Source of the DNA: an uncultured Candidatus Saccharibacteria bacterium
GTDB taxonomy: Bacteria; Patescibacteriota; Minisyncoccia; UBA6257; 2-01-FULL-56-20
Assembly (NCBI GenBank): GCA_964403045.1
Contig: CAYOEP010000001.1
Coordinates: 9,009-73,008, forward strand
Direction: 5' to 3'
Length of the DNA: 64,000 nucleotides
This document shows positions 58,257 through 64,000 of the stretch, in pieces. The first letter of the stretch is position 1. Each line of letters starts with the position of its first letter. Below the pieces are notes generated by a model. It was not told where the DNA came from. It searched no databases and saw only the letters and a list, made by a program, of their open reading frames with translations. A program made the position numbers and the translations under genes.

Positions 58257-60500
58257 TTATTCTAAAAGGTGGTCAGGGATATTTTCAAGGAAAACCTCGC
58301 GCGGCTTCGCGCCATCGCCAGGGCCAATAATATGATGCTCTTCCATAATATCGAGAAGGCGCGCGGCACGGGCATAGCCTATCCGCAGGCGCCGCTGCAG
58401 CAGTGAAGCGGACGCTTTCTTTGCTTGCGCGACGACCCGCACTGCTTCGCTATAGAGATCATCTTCCTCTTCGCCCTCCTCACGCCCAAGTGCGTCGAAA
58501 GAAATTTCCCGCGTGGCACCGGAGAGCGTTTCCTGCCCCTCCTGCGCTGCATCTTCTTCTTCGCTTTCCTCGTTGCCAAAGTAATCCGCGTTGTGCTCTT
58601 TAATAAAGGAGACAACCCTGCGCACTTCTTTCTCTGAAATGAAACTGCCTTGCACGCGGACTGGTTTTGAGGTTTTGGGCGAGAGGTAGAGGAGGTCGCC
58701 GCCCCCGAGGAGCTTTTCCGCCCCGCTCATGTCGAGAATGGTGCGGGAGTCGATTTGGCTGGCAACTTGGAGGGCGATGCGCGCGGGAATGTTCGCCTTG
58801 ATAAGCCCGGTGAGAATTTCCACTGAGGGGCGCTGGGTAGAGAGGATAAGGTGGATACCGGTCGCCCGTGCCATTTGCGCGAGGCGCACAATGCCTCCCT
58901 CCACCTCTTTTCCATGAGAGGTCATTAAGTCAGCAAGTTCGTCAACTACGATAACTACGTAAGGAAGCGTTCCCTTCTTTTTGGCAAGGTAAGAAGTAAT
59001 GTTCTGGCTTCCCGATTCGAGGAGGACATCATAACGCCGCTCCATTTCTTGAATTGCCCAGCGGAACACATTGAGTGCTTTTTTGCTTTCTGTCACGACA
59101 GGGGCGGCAAGATAAGGAATACCGCTGTAGAGCGAAAGTTCTACGCGCTTGGGGTCAACAAGAATAAGTCGGAGGGTCTGAGGTGTATGGCGGTAGAGGA
59201 GGGCGGTGAGAATAGAATGGATAACTACCGATTTTCCGCTACCAGTGGATCCTGCAATGAGAAGATGAGGCATTGTGCTGATATCGGGAAACAGCGGATT
59301 GCCCGCCACATCCCTTCCCAGCGCAAAGCTCAGCGGTCCTGCCTTTTGGAATTCGGGATAGCCGAGCAGGCTGCCGAGGCGCACGAGCGCTGCAGATCGG
59401 TTGGGTACCTCAATGCCCACGAGTGACTTGCCGGGAATTGGTGCTTCAATACGGATAGGGTGCGCCGCAAGCGCAAGCGCGAGATCTTTATGGAGCGCTT
59501 CAATGCGGGAGAGCTTAATTCCTTCCGCAGGCTTGAGGGTGTAGCGGGTGACTTTGGGCCCTACATTGATTTCTCCCATCTCCACTTGGATACCAAAGCT
59601 CTCCAAGGTACGCTTGATGACATTTGCATTCGCGCGCAGGTCGCCGGTAGTGGGCCGCTCGTTGTTCGAGGAAAGGAGGGAAAGCGGGGGGAAAGTATAG
59701 TTGTCGAGGTTCTTTTTTGAAAAGAGCGAGGAGAGCAGAGTCCCTTTCCCGCTTTTTGCGCTTCCGCCGCGCCGGGATTTGGAGGTAGGTGATACTGGCT
59801 TCTCCGCTTCGTCGTTGTCTTCATCTTCTTCATCTTCTTCTTCCTCCTCTTCCTCACTTTCTTCTTCTTCGCTTTCTTCCTCTTCCTCTTCGTTTTCGTT
59901 TTCTTCCTCTCTCTCTTCGCCTTCTTTCTCTTCGCTGTTTTCTGTTGCGGCGGTGCGGCTCCTATGTGATGGCGCGACGAGATGTGTGATGCTTTTTCCG
60001 ATAATTCTGAGGAGCGGCGCGAGCTTCAGCGGCGTGTTGAGCGCAGCAAGAAGGGAAATAAGGGAAATGGCGGCGAGAATGAGCAGCGCCCCTGTCGTGC
60101 CGAAGGGAGCGCGGAGGGAGCTGCCGAGCATTTTGCCGAGAATGCCGCCATTGTGCGGTGAGAGCAGCTCAATGGCGGCGAGAATCGACAAGAAAAGTGC
60201 GACAATTCCCCAGAACGCGATGCCAAAAAGACGCTCGTGCCGTTCCAGAAACAGCATTAGTGCGAGCGCGAGGAGTGCGAGGGGAAGAAAAAGGAACCCG
60301 ATGCCGAGCAGTGTGTGGAATCCATTCGCAATTGCGGATCCTGCCGGTCCTGCATTCCCTGTCCATGCCAAGACAAGTAGCGCAGCAGCCGCGGCGAGCG
60401 CTACCGCGGCAATACTCCTTTTCGTCTCTTCGCGGAGCACGCTCTCGCTCCGCCGTCGCTGCCTTCCGAACAGCCGCCACCGTCGTGATGTTTTTGCCAT
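58257..60500 (-). CDS. ftsK: DNA translocase FtsK/SpoIIIE
   Basis: N-terminal TM helices, an acidic poly-Glu linker, Walker A GSTGSGKSV and a C-terminal winged-helix gamma domain (LYSEAVRVVAQAKKASASLLQRRLRIGYARAARLLDIME). Confidence 0.9.
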   Translation of the reverse strand: MAKTSRRWRLFGRQRRRSESVLREETKRSIAAVALAAAAALLVLAWTGNAGPAGSAIANGFHTLLGIGFLFLPLALLALALMLFLERHERLFGIAFWGIVALFLSILAAIELLSPHNGGILGKMLGSSLRAPFGTTGALLILAAISLISLLAALNTPLKLAPLLRIIGKSITHLVAPSHRSRTAATENSEEKEGEEREEENENEEEEEESEEEESEEEEEEEDEEDEDNDEAEKPVSPTSKSRRGGSAKSGKGTLLSSLFSKKNLDNYTFPPLSLLSSNNERPTTGDLRANANVIKRTLESFGIQVEMGEINVGPKVTRYTLKPAEGIKLSRIEALHKDLALALAAHPIRIEAPIPGKSLVGIEVPNRSAALVRLGSLLGYPEFQKAGPLSFALGRDVAGNPLFPDISTMPHLLIAGSTGSGKSVVIHSILTALLYRHTPQTLRLILVDPKRVELSLYSGIPYLAAPVVTESKKALNVFRWAIQEMERRYDVLLESGSQNITSYLAKKKGTLPYVVIVVDELADLMTSHGKEVEGGIVRLAQMARATGIHLILSTQRPSVEILTGLIKANIPARIALQVASQIDSRTILDMSGAEKLLGGGDLLYLSPKTSKPVRVQGSFISEKEVRRVVSFIKEHNADYFGNEESEEEDAAQEGQETLSGATREISFDALGREEGEEEDDLYSEAVRVVAQAKKASASLLQRRLRIGYARAARLLDIMEEHHIIGPGDGAKPREVFLENIPDHLLE

Positions 60501-60590
60501 CGTGCATTATTTTCCTACGAAACAGGCAGGGAAGCAACTATTCCAGTCGTGGGGTAGGCAGAGAATTTCTAATACGGTACACTAAGAAAA

Positions 60591-61379
60591 ATGGAACGGC
60601 GCGCTACAGACCAATCTCTGCGAAAAAAAGAGCTTATCGTTTTTGATCTTGACGGCACACTCGCGGAGAGCAAGTCGGCGATGGACGCCGAGATGGCTTC
60701 CCTGCTCAAGGATCTTCTTCATAAAAAAAAGGTAGCGGTGATTTCGGGGGGAAGGTTTTCCCAGTTTCAAAAACAATTCCTCGCCTCGCTGCGTTGCCCT
60801 CCCTCCCTGCTGGAGAAATTATTTCTCTTCCCCACAAGTTCGACCACGTTCTACCGGTTCCAAGAAGGGGAATGGAGGCAGGTATATGCAGAAAGCCTTA
60901 CCGAGGATGAGAAGCAAAAAATTCGCCGCGCCTTTGCAGAAGCATTTCGCAGGACCTCTTATCGGCAGCCTGCGAAAATTTACGGAGAAGTAATTGAGGA
61001 CAGAGGAACGCAGATTACCTTTTCTGCACTGGGGCAGGAAGCGCCGGTTGCCGAGAAGAAAAAATGGAACAGCAAGCACGACGTGCGGGATGCGCTGATG
61101 GAAGTGCTCCGCGCGCAGCTCCCTGAGTTTGAGGTGCGGAGCGGGGGGCTTACCTCTATCGATGTGACACGCAAGGGAATTGACAAGGCATACGGTATTC
61201 GGCAGATCGTACGCCATACGGGTATTCCCTTGGAACAGATGCTGTTTGTGGGTGATGCAATTTATCCGGGCGGCAATGACTATGCGGCGGTACGGACAGG
61301 GATTGACTATGTGCGTGTTGCGGGCCCCGAGGAAACGAAAGCGTTCATCCGTGCCATCCTTGGTCGGGAGGAAAATTGA
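60591..61379 (+). CDS. HAD-IIB family hydrolase (phosphomannomutase-like)
   Basis: DxD motif (LIVFDLDGTL), a cap-domain architecture and a C-terminal GD motif (FVGDAIYPGGND). Confidence 0.55.
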   Translation: MERRATDQSLRKKELIVFDLDGTLAESKSAMDAEMASLLKDLLHKKKVAVISGGRFSQFQKQFLASLRCPPSLLEKLFLFPTSSTTFYRFQEGEWRQVYAESLTEDEKQKIRRAFAEAFRRTSYRQPAKIYGEVIEDRGTQITFSALGQEAPVAEKKKWNSKHDVRDALMEVLRAQLPEFEVRSGGLTSIDVTRKGIDKAYGIRQIVRHTGIPLEQMLFVGDAIYPGGNDYAAVRTGIDYVRVAGPEETKAFIRAILGREEN

Positions 61380-61388
61380 CAGAGAAAG

Positions 61389-61901
61389 GTGCGGCACTCT
61401 ATAGTGGTGGCGATGGAGGAAAGATTTCAAAGCGCCGGAGGTGCGACGATGACGGGAAAAGAGGTGGTGCGCACGATTATGGAATTTATGCGCGCGGCGC
61501 CAAAGTTTTCCTACCGCATTACGATTGGCACTGATTCGGAGGTGGAGGGGGGCACAATGACTGAGTTTGTTACTGCCGTGGTGGTGCATCGGATTGGCAA
61601 TGGGGGAAGGTATTTCTGGCGGCGCACGCGCCTCGGCAAATTTCATACCGTCCGCGATCGCATTATTCAGGAAGTGCTCATTTCCCTAGAAGTGGCGAAA
61701 CAACTGTTGGGCGAGCTGGAGCATGCTGGAAAAGATGAGCTACTAGACTGGGAATTTGAAATTCATGCGGACATTGGCAGCAATGGAAAGACGAGTGCAA
61801 TGATTCGGGAAGTGGTGGCAATGATCCGCGCGAATAATTTTTCTGCTCGCACGAAGCCGGGAAGCTATGCCGCGAGCTGCGTTGCTGACCGCCACGTGTA
61901 A
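61389..61901 (+). CDS. YkuK/DUF458-family RNase H-like protein
   Basis: ITIGTDSEVEGGTMTEFVTAVVVHRIGNGGRYFW...EIHADIGSNGKTS...KPGSYAASCVAD matches the DUF458 pattern. Confidence 0.6.
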   Translation: MRHSIVVAMEERFQSAGGATMTGKEVVRTIMEFMRAAPKFSYRITIGTDSEVEGGTMTEFVTAVVVHRIGNGGRYFWRRTRLGKFHTVRDRIIQEVLISLEVAKQLLGELEHAGKDELLDWEFEIHADIGSNGKTSAMIREVVAMIRANNFSARTKPGSYAASCVADRHV

Positions 61902-61908
61902 GAGCAAT

Positions 61909-62487
61909 ATGAAAGGAGACACGCTGGTAGTCGATATTGAGACAAAAAATTTTTTCACTGACCCTGATGTGGGGTGGAACAACTTTGGCGCGCTCCAAAT
62001 ATCGGTAGTGTGCGTCTATTCGTATGCCGAGGATCGTTATATGTGCTTCGAGGAGGATGAGTATGAGAAGCTCGCTGATATCTTTCGCAGGGCGCATCGC
62101 ATCGTGGGTTTCAGCAGTAATCGTTTTGATGTGCCGGTGCTGCAGCACTACTTCCGCCGCGCGGGCTACGGGGATGAGTTGAATCTTTGGGCAAAAGAGC
62201 GGGTGGACCTCTTGGTAGAGATTGAATCTGCCATTGGATCGCGGGTGAGCCTGAACCTTCTTGCGTTCGCAAATCTGGGCGTGGGGAAAAGCGGCAAGGG
62301 ATCGGAAGCAATTCAGCTATACCGGAGCGGCCGTATCGAGGAACTGAAAAAGTACTGCGCCCGCGATGTGTGGCTTACAAAGGAGCTCTACGACCTCTAC
62401 CGGACACGCGGCCGCCTACTTGTACCCGAGAAGCGGACGGGCGAACTCATTGATGTCCCGTTGAGGCGCCCCGCGGCGGATAGATAG
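61909..62487 (+). CDS. Predicted 3'-5' exonuclease, RNase H-like fold (DEDD/PolB-exo-like)
   Basis: LVVDIETKNFF (Asp-x-Glu) with downstream acidic motifs (RFDVPVL; YCARDVWLT). It overlaps the 3' end of the YkuK-like gene. Confidence 0.55.
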   Translation: MKGDTLVVDIETKNFFTDPDVGWNNFGALQISVVCVYSYAEDRYMCFEEDEYEKLADIFRRAHRIVGFSSNRFDVPVLQHYFRRAGYGDELNLWAKERVDLLVEIESAIGSRVSLNLLAFANLGVGKSGKGSEAIQLYRSGRIEELKKYCARDVWLTKELYDLYRTRGRLLVPEKRTGELIDVPLRRPAADR

Positions 62488-62507
62488 GGCCCAAAGGAGA
62501 AAATCTT

Positions 62508-63740
62508 ATGGCAAAGCAACAGAGAATTTATCTTGATTATGCGGCAACCACGCCGATTGCTCCCGAGGTAGCGCGGGCGATGGCGCCGTACCTTTCTGAA
62601 AAATTTGGCAATCCCAATTCTCTGCACCAGTACGGTCAGGAGGCGCGCGCGGCGGTCGATGCGGCACGCGCCCGCGCGGCGGAAATTTTGGGCCTCGATC
62701 CGCTTGCGGGTTTTCGGGAGATAATCTTTACCGGATCAGCAACAGAAGCAAACAACCTTGCCTTACGGGGTGTGGTGCGCAAGGCACTGATGGACAATGC
62801 AGTGCCCCGCCCCAAGGTGTTGATTTCTGCAGGTGAACACAAGTCAGTACGGGAGACCGCGCTCGCGCTCCGTGCCGAGGGAGTGGAAGTTGCTTTTATT
62901 CCGCTTACCACGCGCGGGACAGTGCGGCTGGATGCGCTCCGCCAACATATCGACGAGCGGACTGTGCTGGTATCGGTGATGTATGTGAACAACGAGACGG
63001 GGGCTGTGCAGCCGATCGAGAAAATTGCTGCAATGGTGGCGGCAGTGCGCGCGGAAAAGAAGAACGGCTACCCTCTCTTCCATACCGATGCGGTGCAGGC
63101 ATTCCAGTGTTTTTCCTGCGGTCCCCGCGAGCTTGGCGTGGATATGATGACGCTCTCGGCGCACAAGCTGTACGGGCCGAAAGGGGTGGGCTTGCTCTAT
63201 GTCCGCCTCGCGCCTACTCCTCATGCCCGTGCGCTGGGGCCCCGCGCGGTGCTTGCGCCGCTTATCACAGGGGGAGGGCAGGAATTCGGAGTGCGGTCGG
63301 GGACAGAAAATGTGGCAGGTATTGTAGGGTTTGTGCGGGCGCTGGAGCTTGCGGCAGCACGGCGCGACAAAGCACGGCGGCACCTCGGGAAACTGCAGCA
63401 ACGATTCTGGGAGCGCCTCCGCGCGGCGATTCCCCACCTGCGGCGCAATGGGGATGCTGCAGGATCGCCGCATATCCTCAATATTACATTTCCCGCAGTC
63501 CGCGCTGAGGAGCTTGTGCTCCGACTTGACCTTGAAGGAATCGCAGTTTCTTCTGGGTCAGCATGCAGCTCACGGGCGGCGGAAGCATCGCATGTACTTG
63601 AGGCGATGGGACTCTCCCACGCGCAAGTACTGCGGAGCGTGCGTATCAGCTTTGGAATGCCCACTACTGCCCGCGAAGTTGACAGAGCAGTCCGCAGTAT
63701 TACAATGATTTTCTCCAAGAAGAAAGGCCGCAGTTTGTAA
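62508..63740 (+). CDS. iscS: Cysteine desulfurase (class V aminotransferase, NifS/IscS-like)
   Basis: IYLDYAATTPIAPEV, PLP-lysine SAHKLYGPKGVG and the active-site Cys region SSGSACSS. Confidence 0.9.
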   Translation: MAKQQRIYLDYAATTPIAPEVARAMAPYLSEKFGNPNSLHQYGQEARAAVDAARARAAEILGLDPLAGFREIIFTGSATEANNLALRGVVRKALMDNAVPRPKVLISAGEHKSVRETALALRAEGVEVAFIPLTTRGTVRLDALRQHIDERTVLVSVMYVNNETGAVQPIEKIAAMVAAVRAEKKNGYPLFHTDAVQAFQCFSCGPRELGVDMMTLSAHKLYGPKGVGLLYVRLAPTPHARALGPRAVLAPLITGGGQEFGVRSGTENVAGIVGFVRALELAAARRDKARRHLGKLQQRFWERLRAAIPHLRRNGDAAGSPHILNITFPAVRAEELVLRLDLEGIAVSSGSACSSRAAEASHVLEAMGLSHAQVLRSVRISFGMPTTAREVDRAVRSITMIFSKKKGRSL

Positions 63741-63755
63741 CTACCCACGCTTACG

Positions 63756-64000
63756 ATGAGGAAATTTCGCGCGATACTTTTTATCATTCTTCTCCTTCTG
63801 ATAGGGGCATGGCTGCTGGGAGGATCGGAAAGACAGGACACGCTTGCAGGGTTTTGGGGGCGGCTCCGCGAGGGCATTTCCCACTCGCTTGAATACCCCG
63901 CACCGCTTGAGAAAGATAACAATCCTTCTAATGCACAGAAGAAGACTCCAGCGCTTTCTCGTCCGGTAGCGGCATATGAGGATGCGGTGGTAAAGGCGGT
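63756..64000 (+). CDS. Partial CDS (5' end), membrane-anchored hypothetical protein running off the window
   Basis: MRKFRAILFIILLLLIGAWLLGG...; no stop before 64000. Confidence 0.4.
   Translation, partial: MRKFRAILFIILLLLIGAWLLGGSERQDTLAGFWGRLREGISHSLEYPAPLEKDNNPSNAQKKTPALSRPVAAYEDAVVKA

Overview
This 64 kb window is a gene-dense bacterial chromosomal region, about 50-55% GC with AT-rich intergenic spacers. Its gene content and architecture are consistent with a small-genome Candidate Phyla Radiation (CPR)/Patescibacteria-like organism.

The first ~11 kb is a minus-strand type IV secretion (T4SS)-like operon. It encodes a TrbC/VirB2-like pilin, a VirB4 ATPase split into two adjacent ORFs, a PrgI/VirB3-like protein, a proline-rich protein, a VirB6/TrbL-like polytopic membrane protein and two large secreted proteins.

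The rest is mostly housekeeping: rsmA, a LysM-M23 peptidase, YifB/ComM, DksA-like, YraN-like, nusA, an H+-pyrophosphatase, clpP, tyrS, ftsH, DsbA, dcd, glyA, folD, gyrA, rpsO, pnp, recA, ftsK and a cysteine desulfurase. There are 8 tRNAs: Gly, Ile(UAU), His, Val, Pro, Arg, Phe and Leu.

Accessory or unusual features are interleaved with these:
- a regularly spaced array of five copies of an 18-bp perfect palindrome upstream of the YraN-like gene, with a sixth copy inside folD;
- a codon-usage-distinct island of three small genes under a TrmB-like regulator with a consensus promoter and operator-like inverted repeats;
- a 2.2 kb segment bounded by a 56-bp direct repeat of the tRNA-Phe 3' end;
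- four tandem VirB2-like pilin paralogs followed by a GC-rich three-gene block next to tRNA-Leu and a Xer-type recombinase;
- a NYN-domain nuclease gene between rpsO and pnp.

All calls rest on reading the supplied translations and the nucleotide sequence by eye. No database searches were run.
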